A DNA stretch of 64,000 nucleotides, taken from IMG/VR virus record IMGVR_UViG_3300033076_001039, positions 64,110 to 128,109 of that record; one strand, 5' to 3'. A model generated the notes under the pieces. That model did no database searches. It was not told where the DNA came from and saw only the letters and a list, made by a program, of their open reading frames with translations. Positions 20,771-30,617 of the stretch are shown here, in pieces. Both the position numbers and the translations under genes were made by a program. Positions within the stretch are counted from its first letter, which is position 1. Each line of letters opens with the position of its first letter. The stretch comes from a virus (Duplodnaviria; Caudoviricetes).

Positions 20771-21470
20771 AATTTGTTTGATACGCCAGCCAGCGGGTAT
20801 TGGTGATATTTTCTTTTTACAAAAAATTGCTAAACATTACTTATCATTAGGATATGAGATTTTATGGCCAGTAATTTCTCAATTCAGTTATATTAAAAAT
20901 TACATCAAAGTAGATGGTATTACATTTGTGGATGAAAATGATTCGTTCCCACATAAAAATATCTACATGCAAGGGTACTCAACACCAACTCAAATAAGTG
21001 ATTCGTTACTTTATCTACCAATTCAAAATTTTGATAGAAATTATCCGAATCAATCTGTTATGTATTCAAAATATAAACTATTAGGTATCGATTACCATGA
21101 TTGGTCAAATTATTTTGAATTTGAAAGAAATATAGAGAAAGAAGAACAATTGATTGATTTATTAAACATAAGAGGTACTGAATACAATTTTGTTAATCGT
21201 CAGTATGGGTCTCCACCAAATACTCAAGATTGTCTTCACATGGGTAATTATGAAAATTCAGTTGAAATGAGGTATATTGATGGGTACACCATTTTTGATT
21301 GGATTGGTGTAATCCTTAATGCGAAACATATCTATACCGCAGAAACATCATTACTTTACATATTAACAAAATTAAACCTTAATAATATAACCGTTTATTC
21401 TAAACATAACCCTCCGAACTATTTTCACGTTTCGGAACTATTCCCTAAAAATTGGACTTACACATTATGA
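20763..21470 (+). CDS. Putative glycosyltransferase (GT9/GT-B-like, divergent)
   Basis: GIGDIFF N-terminal motif and cluster context. Confidence 0.45.
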   Translation: MSKICLIRQPAGIGDIFFLQKIAKHYLSLGYEILWPVISQFSYIKNYIKVDGITFVDENDSFPHKNIYMQGYSTPTQISDSLLYLPIQNFDRNYPNQSVMYSKYKLLGIDYHDWSNYFEFERNIEKEEQLIDLLNIRGTEYNFVNRQYGSPPNTQDCLHMGNYENSVEMRYIDGYTIFDWIGVILNAKHIYTAETSLLYILTKLNLNNITVYSKHNPPNYFHVSELFPKNWTYTL

Positions 21471-22102
21471 TTGAAAACATTAAAGAAGAGTTAAAAAAGT
21501 ATTTTGAATCCGAAACTTATTTGGATGATGAGACAGGATACACCAAAGATGGTAGAGGTGTTGATTGGATGATTGATAATCTTTTACCTAAAGTTGAAAG
21601 ATTGATTGATAAAAATTTACATAAGAACTGTTTGGATGTTGGTTCAGCTCAGGGGTATTTTACAAGAGTTTTAAAAGAACATTTTGAAAATGCATATGGT
21701 GTTGATTTTTCCGAAAATAGAATTTCTTACGCAAAAAAATATGAAACAGATAATCTAAAATTTGTTGTTGCGGATTTAACTGAAAGTCTTTCGTCTAAAA
21801 TACCTATGAAGTTTGACTTTATGTTTACAAATGCAGTTATCCCTCACATTCCAGCACAATTTAAATCAGACGTATTTAAGAATTTGGCTGAGATTGCAAA
21901 CCCTGGTTGTATTTTTACAATCTACGACGGTATGATTCCTGAAGGTGTTGATTTAACATTTAATACTTGGAAACCAGGACAACATATCAATGTCACTTTT
22001 TTTAGTAAGAGTTGGTTGGAAGAAAACGCAACTGATTGGGAAATTGTTGAAATTAACAATATCGGTAATTTAACTGAAGAAATTATATTAAAAAGAAAAT
22101 AA
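21467..22102 (+). CDS. Class I SAM-dependent methyltransferase
   Basis: LDVGSAQG, GVDFS, FDF...VIPHI. Confidence 0.85.
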   Translation: MIENIKEELKKYFESETYLDDETGYTKDGRGVDWMIDNLLPKVERLIDKNLHKNCLDVGSAQGYFTRVLKEHFENAYGVDFSENRISYAKKYETDNLKFVVADLTESLSSKIPMKFDFMFTNAVIPHIPAQFKSDVFKNLAEIANPGCIFTIYDGMIPEGVDLTFNTWKPGQHINVTFFSKSWLEENATDWEIVEINNIGNLTEEIILKRK

Positions 22103-22109
22103 TTTTAAA

Positions 22110-22763
22110 ATGAGTTTATTTGGTGCATTTTGGGATAAAGACCCTAATCCTGTTGGTAGTGAGAATTTTGGAAACAATAAAGGATTGTTTTATAATTTAA
22201 ATTGGGAACCTAAAGGTGTTTTACACATTGGAGCTTGGGACGCATGGGAAGCAAAACAATATGCTCACGTTTGTGGAAACAACTCAATTTTTTTGGAAGC
22301 TAATCCAAATTCATACGAAAGATTTAAAAATGAAATTGAACAATTTGGTCAGAGAATTTACAATCTGGCGGCTTGGAATGTTGATGATTTAGAGATGGAT
22401 TTATATTGTCCACCACATAATCCTGATTCAAGTTCTTTGGTTGAAAGAATCGGCAACCCAATTAAAACAAAAACAATAACAATTAAAACATTATTTGAAC
22501 GAGAAAATTTATCATTTAATGATTATGATTTACTAAATATAGACACAGAAGGTGCGGAATTACAAGTTCTTGAAGGGATTGGAGAAGAAATTAAAAACTT
22601 CCAATACATCATTATTGAAGTTTCTGACTTGGGTTCTGAATCAGATTTGGCAGTAACCAACTATATTACTAACATGGGTTTTTCACATTACAAAGATAGT
22701 ACCGTTCATAGAAGCAGTGTTAATGGTAAAATGTTTTGTGATAGATTATTTAAAAAAGATTAA
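22110..22763 (+). CDS. FkbM-family methyltransferase
   Basis: LHIGA, EANP, LNIDTEGAELQVLEG. Confidence 0.88.
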   Translation: MSLFGAFWDKDPNPVGSENFGNNKGLFYNLNWEPKGVLHIGAWDAWEAKQYAHVCGNNSIFLEANPNSYERFKNEIEQFGQRIYNLAAWNVDDLEMDLYCPPHNPDSSSLVERIGNPIKTKTITIKTLFERENLSFNDYDLLNIDTEGAELQVLEGIGEEIKNFQYIIIEVSDLGSESDLAVTNYITNMGFSHYKDSTVHRSSVNGKMFCDRLFKKD

Positions 22764-23597
22764 ATGAAGAAAACAGCAATACTAACATCAAGAAATGATA
22801 ACTATGGTGGTAATCTACACCATAGAGCCCTAATGTGTTTAACATCTTTAATTGAAACTCATGACGAAGTTATTTTTGTCGATTGGAGAACTAAAGAGGG
22901 TAATGGAATTATTGAAAACATTAAAGACAGATTACCTCACCAAAAAAAATTAAAGAGTATTCACGTCCCCAAAAATTTATTAATAGAAAAATATCCTAAC
23001 ATTTCAATGTATAGTATGATTGAATCTATTGGAAGAAATGTTGGTATTAGAAGAGCTGAAGGAGATTATATCATATCAACAAACATTGATATTTTGTCAT
23101 CACCAATTAACGATGATATATTATCTGAGGATACTTTTTATACGGTACCTAGACGTGATGTTGATGAAGGTTTTCATTTAGGATTTACATCCTTCAAAGA
23201 TTTATATAACGAGATATGGAATCGTAGAGATTCCTACCAACAAAAAGAAAGGTCAAGCAGTACTACAGATATATGGTCTTTAATAAATTGTTGTGGGGAT
23301 TACCAAATAGGTCATAGAAATGTTTGGGAAAAAATGAAAGGATTTGAAGAATCTATCTTATTTGGGTGTGGTATTGATACAAATGTAATGAAGAAAGCAT
23401 CATTTTATTCTCAGATAAAAGTTTTAGACGAACATTACGTTTTCCATCTTAACCATGGAAAGAACGGACATAGAGATGAGGATGAACAAATCCCACCGAT
23501 GTCAGACCAAAAATCAATAATTGAAAATTTCACATCAACATCTAACTCAGATAATTGGGGGATGTATAATGAAGATTTACCTATTGAGTTAATATGA
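22764..23597 (+). CDS. GT-A fold putative glycosyltransferase
   Basis: SRNDNYGG, RNVGIRRA.G.YIISTNID, GD+Q, GFEE, HLNH. Confidence 0.65.
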   Translation: MKKTAILTSRNDNYGGNLHHRALMCLTSLIETHDEVIFVDWRTKEGNGIIENIKDRLPHQKKLKSIHVPKNLLIEKYPNISMYSMIESIGRNVGIRRAEGDYIISTNIDILSSPINDDILSEDTFYTVPRRDVDEGFHLGFTSFKDLYNEIWNRRDSYQQKERSSSTTDIWSLINCCGDYQIGHRNVWEKMKGFEESILFGCGIDTNVMKKASFYSQIKVLDEHYVFHLNHGKNGHRDEDEQIPPMSDQKSIIENFTSTSNSDNWGMYNEDLPIELI

Positions 23598-24232
23598 GTG
23601 AACCAAAATCAATAATAATTGTTGGTGGTTCTGCAGGTGCCAAAATTGCAACAAAGATTTTTAACTTAACCCACCCACACCACATAATTTATTATGTTGA
23701 ATGTTTTAGTGAGGACATCACACAAAATATATTGTACCCGACAATTGATAAAGCACTTGACCATATAATGTTACCAAATGTTGAATATTTTATTGCGACG
23801 GGAGATAATAACATGAGGTCAGAACATTATAGATTAATTAAGAATTATACAAAAAAAGAACCTCTTAATTGTATTCATCCATCATCAGTAATTTCTTCAA
23901 AACGAATTGGGAATGGTAATTTGATTTGTCCAAATTCCGTTGTACATGTCGATGCTTATGTTGGAGACTGTACCATAATCAACACTGGTGCTGTTGTTGA
24001 ACATGACTGTCATGTCGGGGATTTTTCACAAATATCACCAAATGCAACACTTTGTGGATACGTTAAAATTGGTGATTACTCATTTATTAGTGCTGGCTCA
24101 ACAATTATTCCTAAAATCAAAGTCGGGGACCACTCGACAATTGCTGCAGGTTCTGTAGTCATAGAGGACGTTCCTTCTAATGTTATGGTTGCAGGAGTAC
24201 CATCAAAAATTAAAAAAAATTATAAATCATGA
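23594..24232 (+). CDS. PglD/NeuD-family hexapeptide sugar acetyltransferase
   Basis: Left-handed beta-helix repeats, VEHDC, VAGVPSK. Confidence 0.9.
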   Translation: MSEPKSIIIVGGSAGAKIATKIFNLTHPHHIIYYVECFSEDITQNILYPTIDKALDHIMLPNVEYFIATGDNNMRSEHYRLIKNYTKKEPLNCIHPSSVISSKRIGNGNLICPNSVVHVDAYVGDCTIINTGAVVEHDCHVGDFSQISPNATLCGYVKIGDYSFISAGSTIIPKIKVGDHSTIAAGSVVIEDVPSNVMVAGVPSKIKKNYKS

Positions 24233-25383
24233 ATATTCCAATTTTCAAATTAAATTTCGATTTAAAATCAAAATTAAAATTTATTAAAGGGTCTTGGGAC
24301 ATATTGTCATCTGACAGGCCATTAGGGGAATCGAAATATGTTTCAGAATTTGAAACCAAGTTCGGTAAATTAATTAACTCAAAATACACCATCGCATGTT
24401 CTAATGGAACTACTGCAATTGAATTAGCATTAAAGGCGATTGATGTTAAAGGTAAAAAAGTTATAATCCCATCTAACACATTTTTTGCAACTAGTGTTGC
24501 GGTCACTAATTCAGGAGGTATTGTTGAACTGGTCGATATGGAGTCAGATTCGTTTTCAATATGTCCAAAAGATTTGAAATCAAAATTAACACCTGATGTT
24601 GGTGCGGTGATTATTGTTCATATTGGTGGTATCATTTCACATAAGATTTCTAAAATCGTTGATTTATGTAAAAAAATGAATGTTCCCTTAATTGAGGACG
24701 CGGCTCACGCACATTTATCATATCGAGGAAAATATACCGCAGGTACTATTGGAGATATTGGGTGTTTTTCATTTTTCCCGACAAAGGTTATGACAACAGG
24801 TGAGGGTGGCATCGTCTCAACAAACAACAAAAGATTTTATGAAAAAATGAAATCTTTAAAGAACTTTGGTAGGGATATTAATGATGCCGGAATTATTGTA
24901 AATCCCGAAGGTAACAATTTTAAAATTAATGAATTCACAGGTTTGTTAGGTAGTATTGAATGTGATAGAGTTATTTCAAGGATTGAAAGAAGAACAAAAT
25001 TACTTGATAGATATTATGAAAATTTAAAAGATACTAAGTACTCTGTGATAAAGCAAAAGGGTGATGGTCGTTGTGCATATTATAAAGCAATTGTTAAAAC
25101 TCCTATTGATAGTTCATGGTTAAAAACATATTGTAAAGAACATAATATTTCACTAACAGGTGAAGTGTATAAAATACCTGTTCATTTACAACCTTTATAT
25201 AAGAAACAATTTTCCTATGTAAATTTACCAAATACTGATTATTATTATAATCATCACATCTGTCCGCCCTTATACCCTGAATTAACAATTAAAGAGGTGG
25301 ATTATATTTGTGATGTATTAAAACAAGCTTTAATTGATTATGAAAAACAGAGTAGCAAAACTAACAGCAATAAGAAAGATTGA
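24229..25383 (+). CDS. DegT/DnrJ/StrS PLP-dependent aminotransferase
   Basis: SNGTTA, EDAAHA, FSFFPTKVMTTGEGG. Confidence 0.92.
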   Translation: MNIPIFKLNFDLKSKLKFIKGSWDILSSDRPLGESKYVSEFETKFGKLINSKYTIACSNGTTAIELALKAIDVKGKKVIIPSNTFFATSVAVTNSGGIVELVDMESDSFSICPKDLKSKLTPDVGAVIIVHIGGIISHKISKIVDLCKKMNVPLIEDAAHAHLSYRGKYTAGTIGDIGCFSFFPTKVMTTGEGGIVSTNNKRFYEKMKSLKNFGRDINDAGIIVNPEGNNFKINEFTGLLGSIECDRVISRIERRTKLLDRYYENLKDTKYSVIKQKGDGRCAYYKAIVKTPIDSSWLKTYCKEHNISLTGEVYKIPVHLQPLYKKQFSYVNLPNTDYYYNHHICPPLYPELTIKEVDYICDVLKQALIDYEKQSSKTNSNKKD

Positions 25384-26368
25384 AATCTTTGAAGAAGAAA
25401 TTCCAAAATTACAAGAAGGTCAGATATTAGTTGCAATGAAATCAGTTGGGATTTGTGGTTCCGACATGCATTACTTTAAAGAAGGTGGTTTAGGTTCATT
25501 TAAGAATCCACTACCTATGTATATGGGACATGAACCTGCAGGTGTTGTAGTTGATTCAAATGGGTCAACAAAATTTAATGATGGTGATAGAGTTGCAGTT
25601 GAGCCAGGTATGCCATGTGTAACATCCTATTGGTCTTTAAAAGGAAAACATAACCTTTGTGAAAAAGGTACATTCATGGGGGCAAACGCTCAAGGAGCAT
25701 TTGCTGACTACGTAATTGTTGAAGAATTACAATTAGTTAAAATCCCTGATTCGATGTCATTTAATTTAGCAAGTTTGTTGGAACCGTTAGGAGTATGTCT
25801 TCACACCGCAAACTTAATTGAACCTAAATTTACCGAATCTGCAACAATATTTGGAGCAGGTCCTATTGGACTTTGTATGTTCTCAATACTCAAAAAAATG
25901 GGATTAAAGGACATTTACATGATAGACAAACTACCATATAGAGTTGATTTTGCCAAAAAATTTGGTGCAACTGAATCATTTTTATTAGCAGATGATTATA
26001 ACAAAAAAATCAAAGAACTTAGTCATGGTATGGGTACTACTATTACTGTAGATACTGGTGGTACCGTTGAATCAATTGATGGGTGTATTAATGTTGCATC
26101 AGTTAATGGTAAAGTTGCACTAATCGGTATTCCTGAATCTGATTTTGTTTCTTACAATCCACATAGAATGAGGACTAAGGAATTAACAATTAAGAATGTT
26201 AGAAGGTCAAATCAAACCTTAGACGATTGTGTTAAACAATACACAGGAGATACCGAAATTGAGGGTATAGTTTCGCATGAATTTAAATTTGAAGATATTC
26301 AAAAGGCCTTTGATTTAGTTGCCGACTATGGTGACCAAGTATTAAAATGTATTATAAAAAACAACTAA
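25340..26368 (+). CDS. Zn-dependent (MDR) polyol/alcohol dehydrogenase
   Basis: GICGSD, GHE, GDRVAVEPG, GAGPIG; the structural Zn cysteines are partly lost. Confidence 0.88.
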   Translation: MKNRVAKLTAIRKIEIFEEEIPKLQEGQILVAMKSVGICGSDMHYFKEGGLGSFKNPLPMYMGHEPAGVVVDSNGSTKFNDGDRVAVEPGMPCVTSYWSLKGKHNLCEKGTFMGANAQGAFADYVIVEELQLVKIPDSMSFNLASLLEPLGVCLHTANLIEPKFTESATIFGAGPIGLCMFSILKKMGLKDIYMIDKLPYRVDFAKKFGATESFLLADDYNKKIKELSHGMGTTITVDTGGTVESIDGCINVASVNGKVALIGIPESDFVSYNPHRMRTKELTIKNVRRSNQTLDDCVKQYTGDTEIEGIVSHEFKFEDIQKAFDLVADYGDQVLKCIIKNN

Positions 26369-26369
26369 T

Positions 26370-26978
26370 ATGAAATTAAATTTAGATTATACAGGCGACC
26401 CAAGATGGGATGATATGTCAAGAGAACATAGGGAGACATCATCTTTACCCAATCTATTTTTAGATATTTTATACAAATATCAAAATGAAATACCAAACTT
26501 ACAAGATATTAGTTTTGCCGTTGAGACGGGAACTCATGATGCAAGAACTTCAAAGTTTTTAGCAGAACATTTTGATGTTGTGTTTACGATTGAGTTATTC
26601 CCTGACAAGAATCCTTATGATGGTAAAACTTTCAGAGAGTTGTATGAAGAAATAAATAAGACTTATGAAAATCTTACATTCTTATTTGGAGATTCAAGGG
26701 ACGTATTAGGGACTGTTTTGTCTGAATTACCTGATGAAAGATTCTTCATTCTTTTAGATGCTCACTCAATGTTAGACGGACCATTAAAACACGAATTAGA
26801 ACTTATCAAAAATTCAAGTAATAGAAATGACCATGTAATTTTAGTTGACGATTGTCGTGATTTGGGTCAGGGAGAATATCCAACATTAGATGAATTTACA
26901 GAACTGATAAAATCAATAAATCCTAATTATACAATTAAAAATACTTTAGTTGGTAATCACGTATATCTAATTTATTAA
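26370..26978 (+). CDS. Putative SAM-dependent methyltransferase-like protein
   Basis: VETGT, TIEL, GDS, LDAH, ILVDD pattern. Confidence 0.6.
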   Translation: MKLNLDYTGDPRWDDMSREHRETSSLPNLFLDILYKYQNEIPNLQDISFAVETGTHDARTSKFLAEHFDVVFTIELFPDKNPYDGKTFRELYEEINKTYENLTFLFGDSRDVLGTVLSELPDERFFILLDAHSMLDGPLKHELELIKNSSNRNDHVILVDDCRDLGQGEYPTLDEFTELIKSINPNYTIKNTLVGNHVYLIY

Positions 26979-26979
26979 T

Positions 26980-27915
26980 ATGAAAAAATTTATAGTAACC
27001 ACAACAATTAATGAACCAACAGAAGCAACCCTTAAGTTTGGAGATATTGCAGATAAAAAAGATTTCACATTTGTAGTTGTTGGAGATTTAAAGACTCCAC
27101 ATCACATGTACGAGTATTTAGAAAAACACTACAAGAACTTTATTTATTTACACCCTGACAAACAAACAGAATTATATCCTGAACTATCTGAAATAATCGG
27201 ATGGAGAACAATCCAAAGAAGAAATATTGGATTTGTTTATGCTTATCAACAAGGAGCTGAAATTATTGCAACCGTGGATGATGATAATATCCCATATGAT
27301 AGTTGGGGTGATAATATCATGTTAGGTCAAGAAATTGAAGTTGATGAATATGAAAACACTTCTTGCCCTTATTTCGATGCAATTTCAACTACAGAACACA
27401 ATGATTTATGGCATAGAGGATTCCCAATCGAATACCTTCAAGTAAAAAATAATATTGAATACAAAGGTAAGACAAAAATTAAACCTTTGGTCCAAGCAGA
27501 ATTTTGGGACGGTGACCCAGATATTGATGCAATTTGTAGATTAAGTAAAAAACCAATTGTTAAGTTCAAACCATTTGAACCGTTCACAACAAAACAATTA
27601 ACACCATTTAATTCACAAAACACATTTATCCATAGAAGTGTTTTAAAATACTACACAGTGTTTCCATACACAGGTAGAATGGACGACATATGGGGCGCAT
27701 ATGTTATGCAACACCACTTCCCTAACTCCGTTATGTTTACAAAAGCATCTGTTTATCAGGCAAGAAATCCACAAGATTTAGTGAAGAATTTAGAAAATGA
27801 AGTAATCGGATATAGAGGTACTTTACCTTTATTGGAGAATTTACATAATTACAGGGATTTACTTCCTGAAAAAACTGTCGAATATTTTGACATATACCAA
27901 AAATATTTTAACTAA
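26980..27915 (+). CDS. STELLO/DUF288 (GT75/RGP-related) protein
   Basis: IVTTTIN.PT, VVVGDLKTP, RRNIG+.YA, DDDN, W.RGFP, DPD+DAI.RL, FNSQNT, R..DIW. Confidence 0.75.
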   Translation: MKKFIVTTTINEPTEATLKFGDIADKKDFTFVVVGDLKTPHHMYEYLEKHYKNFIYLHPDKQTELYPELSEIIGWRTIQRRNIGFVYAYQQGAEIIATVDDDNIPYDSWGDNIMLGQEIEVDEYENTSCPYFDAISTTEHNDLWHRGFPIEYLQVKNNIEYKGKTKIKPLVQAEFWDGDPDIDAICRLSKKPIVKFKPFEPFTTKQLTPFNSQNTFIHRSVLKYYTVFPYTGRMDDIWGAYVMQHHFPNSVMFTKASVYQARNPQDLVKNLENEVIGYRGTLPLLENLHNYRDLLPEKTVEYFDIYQKYFN

Positions 27916-28997
27916 TGAAAAGAGTAGTAGTATTAGGCGGGGGAGGGTTCATAGGTGGACACCTCGCAAAAAGATTAAAAGATGAAGGAAATCACGTTAG
28001 AATATGTGATATAAAAAAACACGAATATTTTCCACATGAAGAAATATGTCATGAGTTTATCTTAGGTGATTTAACAGACCCTAAAGTGGTTGAGTTAGTA
28101 ATTGAAGATGGTGTTGATGAGGTTTACCAATTAGCCGCAGATATGGGTGGAGCACTTTATATCTTTACTGGTGAAAATGACGCAAACGTAATGTACAACT
28201 CAGCAACAATTAACCTTAACGTTGTTCATGAATGTGTTAAAAAGAAAGTTAAGAAAGTATTCTACTCTTCTTCTGCATGTATGTATCCTGAGCACAATCA
28301 ACTTGACCCATTAAACCCTAACTGTGAAGAATCTTCAGCATACCCTGCAAATCCTGATTCAGAATATGGATGGGAAAAATTATTCTCTGAAAGATTATTT
28401 TTAGCATTTAATAGAAATTATGGGTTAGATGTTAGAGTTGCAAGATTCCATAACATTTTTGGACCTCAGGGAACTTGGACAGGGGGTAGAGAAAAATCAC
28501 CAGCGGCAATGTGTAGAAAAGCCGCAGAAACTGAAGATGGTGGTGTAATTGAAGTTTGGGGTAATGGTTTACAAACTCGTTCATTCTTATACGTTGATGA
28601 ATGTGTTGAGGCAGTATTAAGATTAATGGATAGTGATTTTGTTGGACCTGTTAATATTGGTTCTGAAGAGATGGTAACCATTAACCAATTAGCATCAATG
28701 GCAATTAACATTTCAGGGAAAAATATTTCAATTCAAAATATTGAAGGTGATGAGTTTGTTGAAAAATACGGATTTAAATGTCCTTTAGGTGTTAAAGGTC
28801 GTAATTCAGATAATAAGTTATATAAAGAAAAAGTAGGATGGGAAGTAAACCAACCTTTATCGGTAGGACTTCAAAAAACTTACGAGTGGATTTCAGAACA
28901 AGTCGCAAATAAGAAATGGATATATGAGAGTCCTGATAAGGGAGAATCAATTTATCGTAGAGGAATTTCTGAAACTAAAAGAGAAAAAATTAAATAA
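27915..28997 (+). CDS. GDP-mannose 3',5'-epimerase-like NAD-dependent epimerase
   Basis: GGGGFIG, LAADMGG, SSAC.YP, YGWEK, RFHNIFGP, GGREK.PAA.CRK, GRNSDN. Confidence 0.85.
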   Translation: MKRVVVLGGGGFIGGHLAKRLKDEGNHVRICDIKKHEYFPHEEICHEFILGDLTDPKVVELVIEDGVDEVYQLAADMGGALYIFTGENDANVMYNSATINLNVVHECVKKKVKKVFYSSSACMYPEHNQLDPLNPNCEESSAYPANPDSEYGWEKLFSERLFLAFNRNYGLDVRVARFHNIFGPQGTWTGGREKSPAAMCRKAAETEDGGVIEVWGNGLQTRSFLYVDECVEAVLRLMDSDFVGPVNIGSEEMVTINQLASMAINISGKNISIQNIEGDEFVEKYGFKCPLGVKGRNSDNKLYKEKVGWEVNQPLSVGLQKTYEWISEQVANKKWIYESPDKGESIYRRGISETKREKIK

Positions 28998-29746
28998 TGG
29001 CAAAACCAACAAGAAAGTCACCAACGCCAACACCTTCTTTACAAGAAGAGAGACAGGCAAAAACAAAGAAAGAAATAATTTGTTCAATCATTAAAAGAAA
29101 AACCAAAGAAAAGTTTTTAACTCAGACACAGAAAAATTATTATGATGTGTTAACGTCAAGTGAGGTGACTATTTGTTCAGGACCTGCGGGCGTGGGTAAA
29201 AGTTATATCACGATGAAAGCTGCGGTTGATTTATTAGCAGACCCTAACACACCTTACGAAAAAATTATTATTGTAAGACCCGCGGTTGAAGCGGAAGAAA
29301 AGTTAGGTAGTTTACCTGGTAATGTTGAGGAGAAATTAGACCCTTATATCTTCCCATCATATTATCTTTTGAATAAAATTATTGGGAAAGAAGCGAGAGA
29401 AAAATTAAAAGATTTAGAAATTATTGAGGTTTTTGCATTAGCATTCATGAGAGGTATGAACATCGACAATTCAATTTTAATCTTTGAGGAGGGTCAAAAT
29501 GCAACACCAAGTCAAATGAAATTATTATTGACAAGAATTGGGTTTAATAGTAAATTTTTCATCTCGGGAGATGTTGAGCAATCCGATAGATACAAAAATA
29601 AAACACATAGTGGTCTATGGGATGCTATTGAGAAATTTAGAGACTCAAGTGTGATTTCAACTTTCGAATTTAAAGACAAAAAAGATATTGTAAGGAATCC
29701 ATTGATTACTAAAATTTTACAGAAATACGATAACGAAATAGAATGA
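28997..29746 (+). CDS. phoH: PhoH-like ATPase
   Basis: GPAGVGKS, RPAVEA.EKLG.LPG, FMRG, EGQN, GD..QSD. Confidence 0.92.
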   Translation: MAKPTRKSPTPTPSLQEERQAKTKKEIICSIIKRKTKEKFLTQTQKNYYDVLTSSEVTICSGPAGVGKSYITMKAAVDLLADPNTPYEKIIIVRPAVEAEEKLGSLPGNVEEKLDPYIFPSYYLLNKIIGKEAREKLKDLEIIEVFALAFMRGMNIDNSILIFEEGQNATPSQMKLLLTRIGFNSKFFISGDVEQSDRYKNKTHSGLWDAIEKFRDSSVISTFEFKDKKDIVRNPLITKILQKYDNEIE

Positions 29747-30339
29747 GAATAGGTATAGAATTAAATGGTGTTTTACGAGACACTTTAAAAAAAATCCAAC
29801 AGGAATACGAAAAATGGTATTTAGACAATCCATTTAAAGAAGATGAGGAGAAATCTCATTATGAGGTAATATCCGATTTAACTTCTTTGGATATTATGTC
29901 TCATCTTAAATTTAAAGATGAGGATGAGTTATATAATTTTTTATATAAAGAACATACTATGGAAATTTTTGGTCATGCTGGTTCGGTAGAAACTTCAAGT
30001 ATGATGGATTTTAATAATTTTTATTTAGATATGAGAGACAAACACGATATTCTAATTGTATCGGATGAGATGGGTAAGTCAAAACCAGCGTCATTATTTT
30101 TCATATCTAAATTTGGGTGTTTAGTAGAAACAGTTAAATTTTATAGTGAATCTACAATAAATTCTCTTTGGGACTCTGTAGACGTTTTACTTACGGCGAA
30201 TCCTAAACTATTATTAGATTATCCAAAAGAAAAAACAATTATAAAATATGAAACCTCATATAATAAAGAAATTGAGGTTGAACATTTTATAACAACATTA
30301 AAAGAATTAAATAATAAAATAACAGAACTATATGATTAA
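29743..30339 (+). CDS. HAD/5'(3')-nucleotidase-like protein with degenerate catalytic motif
   Basis: MRIGIELNGVLRD in place of IGIDxDGVL. Confidence 0.55.
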   Translation: MRIGIELNGVLRDTLKKIQQEYEKWYLDNPFKEDEEKSHYEVISDLTSLDIMSHLKFKDEDELYNFLYKEHTMEIFGHAGSVETSSMMDFNNFYLDMRDKHDILIVSDEMGKSKPASLFFISKFGCLVETVKFYSESTINSLWDSVDVLLTANPKLLLDYPKEKTIIKYETSYNKEIEVEHFITTLKELNNKITELYD

Positions 30340-30616
30340 CGTATTAGGAGAAAATTATTATATCGATTTAGACAAAGTAGAAGAATATCTCGATATGTCA
30401 TCACAATATGAAGATGACGAAACAGTGTCGGGGTCTACCGAAATGAAAATCAATATTGTAAAATTTGAAATGGTTAAAATGTTAATGGACACTATTTTAA
30501 CTGAACATGAAGACATTGATGAAAAATTAGCAATGAAGTCAAGTACAAACACTAGCATACCTTTTAGGTTGGCTTTCAACAGCTTATTAAATAAAAAACT
30601 TATAAATTATTATTAA
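30332..30616 (+). CDS. Hypothetical protein
   Basis: Operonic ORF overlapping the upstream gene. Confidence 0.65.
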   Translation: MINVLGENYYIDLDKVEEYLDMSSQYEDDETVSGSTEMKINIVKFEMVKMLMDTILTEHEDIDEKLAMKSSTNTSIPFRLAFNSLLNKKLINYY

Positions 30617-30617
30617 T

